The position numbers were made by a program, and so were the translations under genes. Positions 27,951-37,300 of a stretch of DNA of 64,000 nucleotides are shown one piece after another. Positions within the stretch are counted from its first letter, which is position 1. Every line of letters begins with the position of its first letter. The stretch spans positions 7,723 to 71,722 of the forward strand of contig JABDAW010000001.1 of the NCBI GenBank assembly GCA_013288905.1, read 5' to 3'. The stretch comes from Bacteroidota bacterium. Lineage in GTDB: Bacteria; Bacteroidota; Bacteroidia; AKYH767-A; JABDAW01. Under the pieces are notes generated by a model. The model was not told the origin of the DNA. It saw only the letters and a list, made by a program, of their open reading frames with translations, and searched no databases.

Positions 27951-28532
27951 ATGGATAAAGAATATTTTGCACATGAATCCGCCTATATTGACGAAGGATG
28001 TAGTATCGGCAAGGGCACTAAAATCTGGCATTTCTCTCACATTATGTCGGGTTGCGTTCTTGGCGAACGATGTAATGTTGGGCAGAATGTGGTGATTTCG
28101 CCGCAAGTAGTTCTTGGGAATAATGTCAAGGTTCAAAATAATGTCTCCATCTATACCGGTGTCGTATGTGAGGATGATGTTTTCCTGGGTCCTTCGATGG
28201 TATTCACCAATGTCATCAACCCGCGAAGTGCTGTCAACAGAAAGGATCAATATCTTAAAACAATTGTTGGCAAGGGTGCAAGTATTGGCGCGAATGCTAC
28301 CATTGTCTGTGGTCATAACATCGGTAAATATGCCTTCATTGGAGCGGGTGCTGTGGTTACAAAGCATGTTCCGGATTATGCTTTGGTAATCGGCAATCCT
28401 GCCCGACAAATTGGTTGGATGAGTGAATATGGCCACAAATTAATCTTCGATAAAGAAGCCATTGCCATCTGTCCTGAAAGCAATGAGGAATATCACCTGA
28501 TGAATGGGATCGTTACTAAAGTGGATGAATAA
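27951..28532 (+). CDS. Left-handed beta-helix (hexapeptide-repeat) sugar N-acetyltransferase, WbpD/WlbB-like.
   Basis: Hexapeptide turns ([52 protein letters not shown]) and a [14 protein letters not shown] tail. Confidence 0.75.
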   Translation: MDKEYFAHESAYIDEGCSIGKGTKIWHFSHIMSGCVLGERCNVGQNVVISPQVVLGNNVKVQNNVSIYTGVVCEDDVFLGPSMVFTNVINPRSAVNRKDQYLKTIVGKGASIGANATIVCGHNIGKYAFIGAGAVVTKHVPDYALVIGNPARQIGWMSEYGHKLIFDKEAIAICPESNEEYHLMNGIVTKVDE

Positions 28533-28584
28533 AAACAAGTATCCTATCCTGACCTTTTTTGAATTGATTTTTCCAAACAAAAAT

Positions 28585-28670
28585 TTGAAACTATAGAAAC
28601 CTGAACAAAAACTATAGTGAGCAGACTAAAAACTATAGTGACCGGAACGAAAACTATAATTTTAGTTTTC
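28585..28670. repeat. Intergenic 21-bp array, 4 units (aaaactatagtgaccggaacg family).
   Basis: The ctatag/ctataa anchor falls at 28591, 28612, 28633 and 28654. Confidence 0.85.
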
Positions 28671-28759
28671 CAAACCTATTAACTCTTTCACCATTTTGAA
28701 CGATGCTTTTTATTATCTAATTTTTCGGTCTTCATTATTGCCTTTATATAAGTAGAAGT

Positions 28760-28790
28760 AAAAAGCCCTGTTTTGAATACTCAAAACCCT
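28760..28790 (-). terminator. Candidate rho-independent terminator for gpsA.
   Basis: Minus-sense stem gttttga/tcaaaac (plus-strand 28770-28787) followed by cttttt. It lies ~25 bp after the stop at 28814. Confidence 0.45.
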
Positions 28791-28813
28791 AAAATAATTC
28801 ATGCTTAAATTTT

Positions 28814-29809
28814 TCAGGACAGTTTCTCTGTCAATGCCTTCATCTCTGAAGCAGGGCTTTTCTTTTCATAGAGAATATTATACACTGCCGTTGTAATGGG
28901 CATATCTATGTTGTATAGTTTATTGATTTCATGGATACATTTCACAGCATAATAACCTTCCGCAATCATATTCATTTCCAATTGAGCAGTGGCTATCGAA
29001 ACCCCTTTCCCTATCATAGCTCCGAAGGTACGGTTACGGGAGAATTGAGAATAAGCCGTTACCAGTAAATCGCCAAGATAGGCGGAATCATTGATGTCGC
29101 GGTCAATAGGATGAACGCGATCCACAAAGCGTTTTATCTCTTGAATGGCATTGGAAATAAGGACTGCCTGGAAGTTGTCCCCATAGCCCAAACCATGACA
29201 AATACCGTTGGCAATGGCTATGATATTCTTGATGACAGCAGAATATTCGGTGCCATAAATATCATCAGATACGATTGTTTTAATGTAATGACAACTCATC
29301 TGGGAAGCAAGTTTGGCAGCACTTTTGGTATTCTTGGAAGCGATTGTCAGATAGGAAAGTTTCTCCATCGCTACCTCCTCCGCATGGCATGGACCGGTGA
29401 TAACTCCAATATCAAGGAAGGGAATATGATACTTCTGATTCAAGAAGTCGCCGATAATAAGAAGGTCGTCAGGAATGATGCCTTTGATGGCAGAGAAAAT
29501 CATCTTCTCCTTGAATTGTGTATGGAAAATAGGAGCTAATGTTTCCTTTAGAAATGCCGAAGGGATGGCAAGAATAATTGTCTTGGAATAACGGATAGTA
29601 GCAGCCAAATCATTGGAAACATGGACTCGTGAAGTATTGATTTTAACATCGGTAAGATAAGAAGGATTGCGATGGTTGAGATTAATGAAATCAACTGTTT
29701 CGGGTTTACGAACCCACCAATTGACTTCCTGTTTATTATCAGGATTATCAGATAAAACCTTTACGATAGCCGTAGCCCAACTTCCTCCTCCTATGACTGC
29801 TATCTTCAT
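28814..29809 (-). CDS. gpsA: NAD(P)H-dependent glycerol-3-phosphate dehydrogenase.
   Basis: MKIAVIGGGSWATAIVKVL (Rossmann motif), ...ITGPCHAEEVA... and the C-terminal GpsA pattern. Length is 331 aa. Confidence 0.85.
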   Translation of the reverse strand: MKIAVIGGGSWATAIVKVLSDNPDNKQEVNWWVRKPETVDFINLNHRNPSYLTDVKINTSRVHVSNDLAATIRYSKTIILAIPSAFLKETLAPIFHTQFKEKMIFSAIKGIIPDDLLIIGDFLNQKYHIPFLDIGVITGPCHAEEVAMEKLSYLTIASKNTKSAAKLASQMSCHYIKTIVSDDIYGTEYSAVIKNIIAIANGICHGLGYGDNFQAVLISNAIQEIKRFVDRVHPIDRDINDSAYLGDLLVTAYSQFSRNRTFGAMIGKGVSIATAQLEMNMIAEGYYAVKCIHEINKLYNIDMPITTAVYNILYEKKSPASEMKALTEKLS

Positions 29810-31492
29810 TTAAAAAGTCAATTTAACATCCTTCATTTCATTACCTCTCTTTACTTTTAGAGTAACCGTATCGCCCTTCTTATGAATACCCAATGCTTTC
29901 ATGTAAGACATCATGTCTGTAATCTTAAAGTCATCCATTTGAGTAACAATATCACCTGATTTAAGACCGGCTTTGGCAGCAGGTTTGCCATCAGATACCC
30001 CATCAATCCTCATTCCTTCGCCATCAAAAGCATAGTCTGGAATGACACCCATAGTTACTTTAAACCGAGGTGCTTCCTTGCTGTCTTCCTCCTTTGTTTT
30101 GGTGAATTCCAATTTGCCCTTAGTATTCAAAGAATTAACCATCGCAATAATAATTTTCATTACTGATAATTCCCCTGGATAATTAATCTTATCCTCAGTA
30201 TCCGATGGCTTATGATAATCATTATGAGAACCAGTAAAAAAGAATATTACCGGAATATCCTTTAGATAAAAAGAGGTATAATCAGAAGGACCAATACCGG
30301 ATTCAGTGGTCTTGACCTTGATGCCATCGCGCTTAATAGTATCAACCAATGAATGCCAAACAGGCGAAGAACCTACACCATTGATAGAAAGATTCTTGGT
30401 TTCATTGAGCCTGCCGACCATGTCCATATTGACCATATAATTCATTTTTGCAAGAGGATAAGTGGGGTTCTTGACAAAATAATTAGAGCCTAATAAACCT
30501 TTCTCTTCGCCGGAGAATGCACATATTAAATAGTTATTATTTCTATCATTAGAAGTCTTTAAATACCTTGCCAATTCTATCAAAGCGGCAGTACCGCTTG
30601 CATTATCATCAGCACCATGATGAATGGCTGGCTTGCCACGATACAAAGAACCAGAACCTTCACCACCATATCCCAAATGATCATAATGCGCACCGAAGAC
30701 AACAGTATTCTTTGCACCATTATCAATGAAGCCGATGATGTTATGACCAGTGTGGGTAAGGCGGGTGATATCAACAGTCAAAGTAAAGTGGGCATTATCA
30801 AATACACAAAGGTCATCATTAGCATTCGCAAACACAACAGGAATTGAAGACGGAGAAATTTTATTAGTGAAATCATTCTTAGGATTTTCAACTGTTGAAT
30901 CCGAATTAATAAAGATTATAGCCGCTGCACCATGAGCAATTGCTGTATCAATCCTTGTCCTTAAATCAGAATAATCAGTGTATTTGGAATGAGGCGACAT
31001 TCCATCAGGACTCGAAATATTAATCATGAATATTTTCCCTTTCAAATCATTCTTTCCTTTATAATCATCATAACCTAATCGAGGGGCAACAATTCCATAT
31101 TTCACATTCGCAAGAGTTCCTTTGACAGTTCCTTTGGCGCAGGAATATGGGAGTGGATACCATTCAACATTTAATTTATGGGTTTTATGTTCATCAGTAA
31201 GTTCAGAAGATTTACCAAGCTTCACCCCTTCTGTAAAAGGAAACTCCTGAACATATTTATCAGTTCCCATTGGGGTCAATCCAATCTTTGTGAATTGTTC
31301 AATTATATATTTCTCGGCTAATTGTTCGCCTTTCTTTCCAGTCTCTCTGCCTTCTAATTTATCAGAGGCAAGATAGGTAATATGTTGTTTGAGATTCGCC
31401 TTTATTTGGGCATCATCAAGATTTTGTGCTTTTGAAATATTCCAAAGGAATAAAGTTGATAAAAGAATCAGATAAAGATTTTTATGATACAT
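29810..31492 (-). CDS. M28-family aminopeptidase with a PA domain and a C-terminal PDZ domain.
   Basis: Zinc-ligand context (GAHYDHLGYG, HHGADDNASGTAALIELAR, FSGEEKGLLGS, MDMVG, DYHKPSD) and a PDZ-like tail (GVSDGKPAAKAGLKSGDIVTQMD). Start taken at MYHKNLYLILLSTLFLWNISKAQ. Its stop abuts the gpsA start. Confidence 0.8.
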   Translation of the reverse strand: MYHKNLYLILLSTLFLWNISKAQNLDDAQIKANLKQHITYLASDKLEGRETGKKGEQLAEKYIIEQFTKIGLTPMGTDKYVQEFPFTEGVKLGKSSELTDEHKTHKLNVEWYPLPYSCAKGTVKGTLANVKYGIVAPRLGYDDYKGKNDLKGKIFMINISSPDGMSPHSKYTDYSDLRTRIDTAIAHGAAAIIFINSDSTVENPKNDFTNKISPSSIPVVFANANDDLCVFDNAHFTLTVDITRLTHTGHNIIGFIDNGAKNTVVFGAHYDHLGYGGEGSGSLYRGKPAIHHGADDNASGTAALIELARYLKTSNDRNNNYLICAFSGEEKGLLGSNYFVKNPTYPLAKMNYMVNMDMVGRLNETKNLSINGVGSSPVWHSLVDTIKRDGIKVKTTESGIGPSDYTSFYLKDIPVIFFFTGSHNDYHKPSDTEDKINYPGELSVMKIIIAMVNSLNTKGKLEFTKTKEEDSKEAPRFKVTMGVIPDYAFDGEGMRIDGVSDGKPAAKAGLKSGDIVTQMDDFKITDMMSYMKALGIHKKGDTVTLKVKRGNEMKDVKLTF

Positions 31493-31723
31493 GTTAATAT
31501 TAATTAGCGGTTTCAAAACTACTAAATATCGGGTAATGGTTTCTTGGGGAGAAAAAAATTGATTAATTTTGAACTTGGAGATATAGATGATTTGGAGTGT
31601 TCTTTTTAGAGGTTTATATTTTATAAATAAGAGGGCTTAGCCAGAGATTTGTATTGAAAAGATGCTTTATGCAAGCATTAATGTGGACATTGAAGGTGCG
31701 AAAAGGCAGTTTAAGGTGACTTA

Positions 31724-32060
31724 GTTGTTGTCTTTTTTTGAAAAGTTGCTGTCCTAAATTCAAAAGTTGCTGTCTTTTTTTGAAAAGTTGCTGTCCTTTT
31801 TTGCAGAAGTTTTGGGATGTGCTGTAAATGAGCACTTTTCCAAAATTGATCAGAAAGTCCTGGATGAGCATTTTTTATCTCAAATAGGATATTTGTAGTC
31901 GTTTAGTCGTGAAATGCAGTCTTTTTTTCAAAAGTTGTTCTCCCTAATCGTACATTAGTTGTCTTTTTTTCCAGAGTTGTTGTCTTTTTTTAAAAAGTTG
32001 CGGTCTCATTTTCCAGAGTTGTTGTCTTTTTTTGAAAAGTTGCTGTCCTTTTTTAAAAAA
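31724..32060. repeat. Intergenic 21-bp array, ~16 units (gttgctgtctttttttgaaaa family), with conserved ends and a degenerate but in-phase centre.
   Basis: The gttg anchor falls at 31724, 31745, 31766, 31787 ... 31934, 31976, 31997, 32018 and 32039. 31934 - 31787 = 147 = 7 x 21. Confidence 0.9.
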
Positions 32061-32098
32061 ATTTTGGATCAAAAATGGAATATTCAAAATATCTTAAG

Positions 32099-33007
32099 CT
32101 ATATTTCAATTTCCCAAATGATAATTGAACGATCATCGCCAGCAGAAATCAAGTAATCTTTATTCCACAATAATTTATTGACAGAATTGAGATGCCCATC
32201 AGATTTATCTTTGTCTAATCTCTTGACGATTTCAAAGGATTCGGCATTCCAGATTTTGATGGTTTTATCGCGGCTCGCTGTTGCGAATAATTTATTGGAA
32301 GGACTAAAGACAATGGAATAAATCGCAAAGTTGTGAGCAGGAATACTTTTGATTAATTTGCACGATTGCTTAATGTCAAAGATATTCAACATAGCATCCT
32401 TAGCTCCTGATAAAAGATACTTACCATTCGGATGAAACTTCACTGAATAAGAGGAGCCTTGATGAGCCTCTAAACTTTGGATTTGCTCGAGAGTTTGGAG
32501 GTTAAATATTCGAATGGTTCCATCTCCACATGCCACTGCGAGAAGGGTTTCCGAATCATTAATATCTAACGCTCTGACCTTTTCTTTACATAGAGGAATG
32601 TTTTTTATTAATGATAAATTATCCAAGTCCCAGGCAGATAAACTGCCATCTCCGGAGACGGAATAGAAAGCATTATTTGAAGGGGAATACTTAATATCAA
32701 AGATGGGTTCAAGGGTCTGAACAAAGAATTTTATTTCTTTCTTTTCGCTCAGATCAAGAATGTGAATTCCACCTTTCGATTCGCCGATAATCATGAAATT
32801 CTTTTCGGGAATAAAACAAAGGGAATAGACGATAGCGCCAACACTTGAAACAACTTTAGGCTCTGATTCATTACTCAAATCCCATTGAATAACGACCTGA
32901 TCGCCTGCGCCTGTATAAATAATATTCGGCTCTGAACCTTGCTCAATGCAATACACCGCAGACTTATGTCCCGTCAAATGTGAAACTTTATGTACCTGTA
33001 TTATCAA
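32099..33007 (-). CDS. WD40 beta-propeller protein (about 7 blades).
   Basis: Repeated ...GH...V..l.fsp......sgs.D..i.iWd motifs (e.g. SGDGSLSAWDL, CGDGTIRIFNL, GAKDAMLNIFDI, ASRDKTIKIWN, AGDDRSIIIWE). Confidence 0.85.
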   Translation of the reverse strand: MIIQVHKVSHLTGHKSAVYCIEQGSEPNIIYTGAGDQVVIQWDLSNESEPKVVSSVGAIVYSLCFIPEKNFMIIGESKGGIHILDLSEKKEIKFFVQTLEPIFDIKYSPSNNAFYSVSGDGSLSAWDLDNLSLIKNIPLCKEKVRALDINDSETLLAVACGDGTIRIFNLQTLEQIQSLEAHQGSSYSVKFHPNGKYLLSGAKDAMLNIFDIKQSCKLIKSIPAHNFAIYSIVFSPSNKLFATASRDKTIKIWNAESFEIVKRLDKDKSDGHLNSVNKLLWNKDYLISAGDDRSIIIWEIEI

Positions 33008-33037
33008 TTTATAATTTATAATTCATCATTTATAATT

Positions 33038-34063
33038 TCATTCTCCCCACACCATTGTGCCTTCCGTGCAGTTGGTGCATATATCTATTTCGCTTCTTGC
33101 TTTAAGCAATGAGGTTCGGAATTGTTGGTAGTTTTCATTATGCCAAAGGTCAATGAAGGATTGTTGCTTTAAGTCCCCCATTTGATGAGATGCATCTTTA
33201 TCAAAACAACATGGAACCACAATGCCATCCCACGTGATAACGCAGGAATGCCATAGCTTCCAGCAATGATTAAGGAGTTTATTTTTGATGGTATAGGTGC
33301 CATCATTTTGTTTTTTATACCGACTGTATTTATTGATAGTTGGGATTAAATCGCTGCCATGTTCGTAATCATAAATCTGCGCTGTCTTTAAACCGATTTC
33401 ATCAACTCCGTATTCTTTTGCCATGCGTTTCAAATCGTCTATCTGATGCTCATTAGGTTTCACAACGAGGAATTGAAAGATGGTATGCGGGGTCTTTGAA
33501 TTCAAGGCTTTCTTCCATTTGATGATGTTCTTTGTGCCTTCCAAAACCTTGTCAAGATTACCTCCTATTCGATAGGCTTGATAGGTTTCTTGGGTGGTGC
33601 CATCAATCGAAATAATTAATCTGTCCAAGCCTGATTCAACTGTCTGGCGGGCATTCTCATCATTAAGATAATGAGCATTGGTGGAGGTTGCTGTGTAGAT
33701 TCCTTTGCCTGATGCATACTTCACCATTTCAAGAAACTTAGGATTAAGATAAGGTTCGCCCTGGAAGTAAAATATCAGATACAAAATATCCATACTCAAT
33801 TCATCAATAGTCTGCTTAAAGAATCCCTCATCCAACATGCCGGTATCTCTGGTAAAAGATCGCAGACCACTTGGGCATTCAGGACAGCGAAGATTGCAAG
33901 AGGTGGTAGGTTCAAAAGAAATACTAATCGGCAAGCCCCATTGCACGGGTTGTTTGGTAGCTTTGGAAATATAATAACTGCTCAATACCCGGCTTGCATT
34001 CCAAAGCCGACGTGGTGTCATCTTCGACACAAAATTTATTCCATCCCTGATATTTCCATTCAT
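33038..34063 (-). CDS. Radical SAM enzyme with a C-terminal SPASM/twitch-type Cys cluster.
   Basis: CNLRCPEC (CX3CX2C) at the N-terminal barrel. The C-terminal CWKLWHSCVITWDGIVVPCCFD...ICTNC is an auxiliary-cluster pattern. Confidence 0.8.
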   Translation of the reverse strand: MNGNIRDGINFVSKMTPRRLWNASRVLSSYYISKATKQPVQWGLPISISFEPTTSCNLRCPECPSGLRSFTRDTGMLDEGFFKQTIDELSMDILYLIFYFQGEPYLNPKFLEMVKYASGKGIYTATSTNAHYLNDENARQTVESGLDRLIISIDGTTQETYQAYRIGGNLDKVLEGTKNIIKWKKALNSKTPHTIFQFLVVKPNEHQIDDLKRMAKEYGVDEIGLKTAQIYDYEHGSDLIPTINKYSRYKKQNDGTYTIKNKLLNHCWKLWHSCVITWDGIVVPCCFDKDASHQMGDLKQQSFIDLWHNENYQQFRTSLLKARSEIDICTNCTEGTMVWGE

Positions 34064-34073
34064 AATTAGATGG

Positions 34074-34081
34074 CAAAAATA
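34074..34081 (-). promoter_or_regulatory. Candidate -7 box TATTTTTG (minus strand).
   Basis: Exact TAnnTTTG, 11 bp upstream of the ATG at 34063. Confidence 0.35.
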
Positions 34082-34126
34082 GCTAAATAACGGGATGTGA
34101 ACTTCATCATTTTGCTTTGTGTTGAT

Positions 34127-34134
34127 TACTTTTG
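34127..34134 (+). promoter_or_regulatory. Candidate -7 box TACTTTTG.
   Basis: Exact TAnnTTTG, 24 bp upstream of the ATG at 34158. It lies inside the track ORF start at 34119, which is therefore unlikely. Confidence 0.4.
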
Positions 34135-34157
34135 CGACCGAATTAAAAATAGTTTAT

Positions 34158-35531
34158 ATGAAATATTTATCTTTATTAATCTCTTTATCCGTTTCCATAC
34201 TGTGTGTGGGACAGGTTGATATCATTGGGCAAATACAACCTTTGCTTCAGCCTAATACCATTAATCAAGCCGAAGAAAAAATCAATGAATTCCTGAAGCA
34301 TGACAGCCTTAATGTGGATGCTTTGATGCTGAAAGGCAATGTGATATTCTCCAAATATGGTTTCAATGCGCCTTCCATCATGATTATCGGAAGTATTGAT
34401 GAATCTATTTTTGAGACGGCTATCGGTTCGCTTGGGGAGAATAAAATCGTCCCTGACGAAGCCACCGCAAATGATATTACCAAGTATTATCTAAAGGCTG
34501 TTTCCATTGATAAGACAAGGGAAGACATTCAATTCGGCATCTGTTATATTTACTCGATTTCTTTGATGACGGATAAGCTGATTAATTACCTTCCCATCCT
34601 CAAAGAGCATGTTAAAGAACAGAAGAATCTGCCATTCACGATGAGCGATTATGCCATCAATCTTATCATGCGAAACAGGTTTGAAGACGGCATGAAAGTC
34701 TATTTGAAGATTGCGGATTTATTCCCTGACAATGGTTCTATTATGAGTGATATTGCCGGGCAGTACAAGCTTCATGGTGATCTCGACAAAGCAAAATATT
34801 ACATCGAGAAAGCCTTGAAAAGAAAGGATAATGATGACATGACTTATGCCAATTCATTCGCGATAAATAACGATATGGAAAACTATCCTGATGCGCTGAA
34901 AGCCCTGAAAACAAAGAGTGAAATGAATAAGAACAAGGATTATCTCCTCTACCAGGCATTGCTGCAATTCAGGGATGGAAAAGATTTTAAAACCACGCTG
35001 AATGAGTTCCTGAAATCCGGCTCGAAGGATGATGACAACATTCAATTGGCTACGAAAATGCTTGCCAGTTCCTATACCGTTGATGCCCTGGATACATTGG
35101 GAAAGATAGGGATGCTGGATGCTTATAAGATGTTGCTTTATCAGTATTTTGTTGCCCGATTCCCCAATGAATTCAACCCTTCTTTTAACTATGGGGACTT
35201 GCTGAATTACCACCAGCTTTATTCCAGAGCCATCAAAGTTTTCAAGGCGATGCCTAAGGATAAATTAGATAAAGAGCATCTCGAAGGGGTTAATTTTGAC
35301 TATGCATACGCGCTTTATATGAACAGGAATTTTGATGAGGCGAATAAACTTTGGGAGACGATGCTGTCTTCCAGTAACTTTTATTACAAGAGCGCATCGG
35401 CATATTTCCTTGGCAAATATTATCTCAACAAAAATCAAAAGGAGAAAGCCATCGGCTATTTCAAAATGGTGTCTGATAAGCCAAGCGAATCGAAGTACGC
35501 CAACTTCTGTAATTATTTGGTGAAGAAATAA
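34158..35531 (+). CDS. Secreted TPR-like repeat protein.
   Basis: Signal peptide MKYLSLLISLSVSILCVGQ, followed by helical-repeat content (e.g. GDLDKAKYYIEKALKRKDND, NFDEANKLWETML, NKNQKEKAIGYFKMV). Confidence 0.6.
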   Translation: MKYLSLLISLSVSILCVGQVDIIGQIQPLLQPNTINQAEEKINEFLKHDSLNVDALMLKGNVIFSKYGFNAPSIMIIGSIDESIFETAIGSLGENKIVPDEATANDITKYYLKAVSIDKTREDIQFGICYIYSISLMTDKLINYLPILKEHVKEQKNLPFTMSDYAINLIMRNRFEDGMKVYLKIADLFPDNGSIMSDIAGQYKLHGDLDKAKYYIEKALKRKDNDDMTYANSFAINNDMENYPDALKALKTKSEMNKNKDYLLYQALLQFRDGKDFKTTLNEFLKSGSKDDDNIQLATKMLASSYTVDALDTLGKIGMLDAYKMLLYQYFVARFPNEFNPSFNYGDLLNYHQLYSRAIKVFKAMPKDKLDKEHLEGVNFDYAYALYMNRNFDEANKLWETMLSSSNFYYKSASAYFLGKYYLNKNQKEKAIGYFKMVSDKPSESKYANFCNYLVKK

Positions 35532-35665
35532 ATTCCAAACAGCCTTTCCAATATCTATAAATTGTTAAAATTATCTTGAGGAAGTCTTAAAAGACTTTCT
35601 AATTTTTCTGTAAATTATGTAAGTCTTTTAAAGAATTATGTAACACTCAAAAGAAAAAACGGTAG

Positions 35666-35673
35666 TAATTTTG
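35666..35673 (+). promoter_or_regulatory. Candidate -7 box TAATTTTG with a long (~110 nt) leader.
   Basis: Exact TAnnTTTG, 117 bp upstream of the ATG at 35790. Confidence 0.3.
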
Positions 35674-35789
35674 CATTATGAAATTTAAAGCAAATAATGC
35701 CGGAGCTACGCGGATATATCCTGAACAGAAGCTATTGTGAAATCAGGGGTTAACAAATAAAAAGTAAAGTAAATAAAAATTTAAAAGTT

Positions 35790-36776
35790 ATGCAAAAAAA
35801 AGTAAAGGAAAAAGAGTTAAGTCAAATTCAAAAGATGCGCCTTGAGTCTCCTAAGTTACCGGGTGAAAGACCTGGGGCTTATGACAGACGGTTATGGGCA
35901 AATTTTAAAGCGACAAGATTATTTGAAGCTGAGAAATTGAAATCTTTGAATGAGAAAAAAGAACGTGCACCCAAGGATTTTTTGGGGAAACTTATTGAAA
36001 AGGTTTTTATCGAACCAATTCAATTCGTTGAAAAAATCATTAATAAAATTTTGGATACAATTTTTCTCCAAAGTTTTGATGCGGCTAATTCATCTATTGT
36101 CTATTTTGATAAAGATGATGAAAGAAAAGGTATCAACGGATATCTTCAAGTAAAGAATGATAAAGGTGTTATTGTTCTTTTTGCTAAGTTGCTTGTTATC
36201 AAGAAAGTTATTGCCTGTTTGAATTTGCCAACTGCAAAGGCTAACAAAGCCAAGAAATTCTTTGATATCATTACTGCGTGTGGAACTGCTACGTTAGTGG
36301 TTACTTTACCTGCTACTATTTCTGCCCTATTATTATTAGTTCCACTTTATGGCAATTCGTCACCCGAAAATGAAGAAACAACTTATAACAATCTATATAA
36401 CGGTGTTATTGCATTGATGGCTAATTTCCAAAATTTTGCGAATTTGAACCCAACTTTGGCGGTTTCTGCGATAAAACAAGGAGGATTTGATGTTCGTGTG
36501 GTCACTCCTAGAAAAAAACAACCGTTAACTGCTAAGAACAATGTAGTTCAAGGTGTTGTTGACCTTACTGCCGGAGGTGGACCTGCAAGATCATGCCACG
36601 AATGGAAAATTTCTTATGATGGAGTTATATTTAATTATCATTCCACTACTATCAAAGCAAGCTGTCAGATGTCTGGATTTGCGGGGGGAATAGAGGTTTG
36701 GTTTTTACATCAACTGATTACAGAAGCAGGACCTCAAGGGTTTGATGGAGTGTTGCAATTAACGATAGCGAGGTAA
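35790..36776 (+). CDS. Hypothetical protein (328 aa): Lys-rich N-terminus, central hydrophobic segment, beta-rich C-terminal domain.
   Basis: Long ORF. Hydrophobic stretch FDIITACGTATLVVTLPATISALLLLVPLYG. No family recognised. Confidence 0.5.
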   Translation: MQKKVKEKELSQIQKMRLESPKLPGERPGAYDRRLWANFKATRLFEAEKLKSLNEKKERAPKDFLGKLIEKVFIEPIQFVEKIINKILDTIFLQSFDAANSSIVYFDKDDERKGINGYLQVKNDKGVIVLFAKLLVIKKVIACLNLPTAKANKAKKFFDIITACGTATLVVTLPATISALLLLVPLYGNSSPENEETTYNNLYNGVIALMANFQNFANLNPTLAVSAIKQGGFDVRVVTPRKKQPLTAKNNVVQGVVDLTAGGGPARSCHEWKISYDGVIFNYHSTTIKASCQMSGFAGGIEVWFLHQLITEAGPQGFDGVLQLTIAR

Positions 36777-36894
36777 AAAAAATGTTGGGGCTGATGGATA
36801 AATTTGTTATCCATCAGCACTAATATAAGGTGTACAAAAATAATTTGTAAGAGCAATGATTACTTCAAAATCCAAATTGAGAAATCCTGTAAAA

Positions 36895-37140
36895 GTCTCG
36901 GTACTATATATAATAGTCTCGACATTTTGTGTAAATATGTCGATACATTGTATAAATATGTCGAGACATTCTATAAAAGTCTCAAGACATATTATTTTAT
37001 TAAGGGTGATAATTACACAAAGTCTCGACATATTTACACAAAATGTCGATACATTGTATAAATATGTCGAGACTCCTATACAAAGTCTCGAGACTAATTA
37101 TTAATTCTCGAGACTTTGTGTAAATGTCTCGAGACTAATT
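36895..37140. repeat. Intergenic array with ~21-bp mean period (19-23 bp jitter) built on gtctcgagac/gtcgaNac palindromic cores. It contains a ~65-bp duplicated block.
   Basis: The gtc anchor falls at 36895, 36916, 36939, 36960, 36979, 37022, 37045, 37066 and 37085. 37085 - 36895 = 190, close to 9 x 21. Confidence 0.8.
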
Positions 37141-37300
37141 GTAAATTTCTCAACTTACCGATATTTATTGTTAAAGTGAATGAAAAGTAAGGCTAAGGCT
37201 CCAAATAAGGTTTCAGGGTCAAGAAGTATATTGTTGAATAAAATGAAAAGAATGATTTGATAATTTCTAATAGTAATAATAAAATTAAAAAAATAAAAAG

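Noticed and set aside
27816-28436. 206-aa minus-strand ORF.
   Set aside because: It is the antisense shadow of the hexapeptide-repeat acetyltransferase (27951..28532), which has clear family motifs. The same logic rejects 15603..16235 (antisense to the dehydrogenase), 52890..53402, 13314..13661, 34854..35213, 4635..5078, 29111..29539, 21934..22437 and the many 60-140-aa ORFs nested in the large genes.
31614-32156. ORFs 31614..31871 (-) and 31959..32156 (+) rich in KKRQQL / LLSFFKK.
   Set aside because: Both are read-throughs of the 21-bp array on opposite strands. The sequences are low-complexity and mutually overlapping in origin.
36804-37104. Three overlapping ORFs (36804..37061 +, 36807..37031 -, 36856..37104 +).
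   Set aside because: All derive from the gtctcgagac-type repeat array. ORFs on both strands and in two frames over the same repeats indicate the absence of stops rather than coding.
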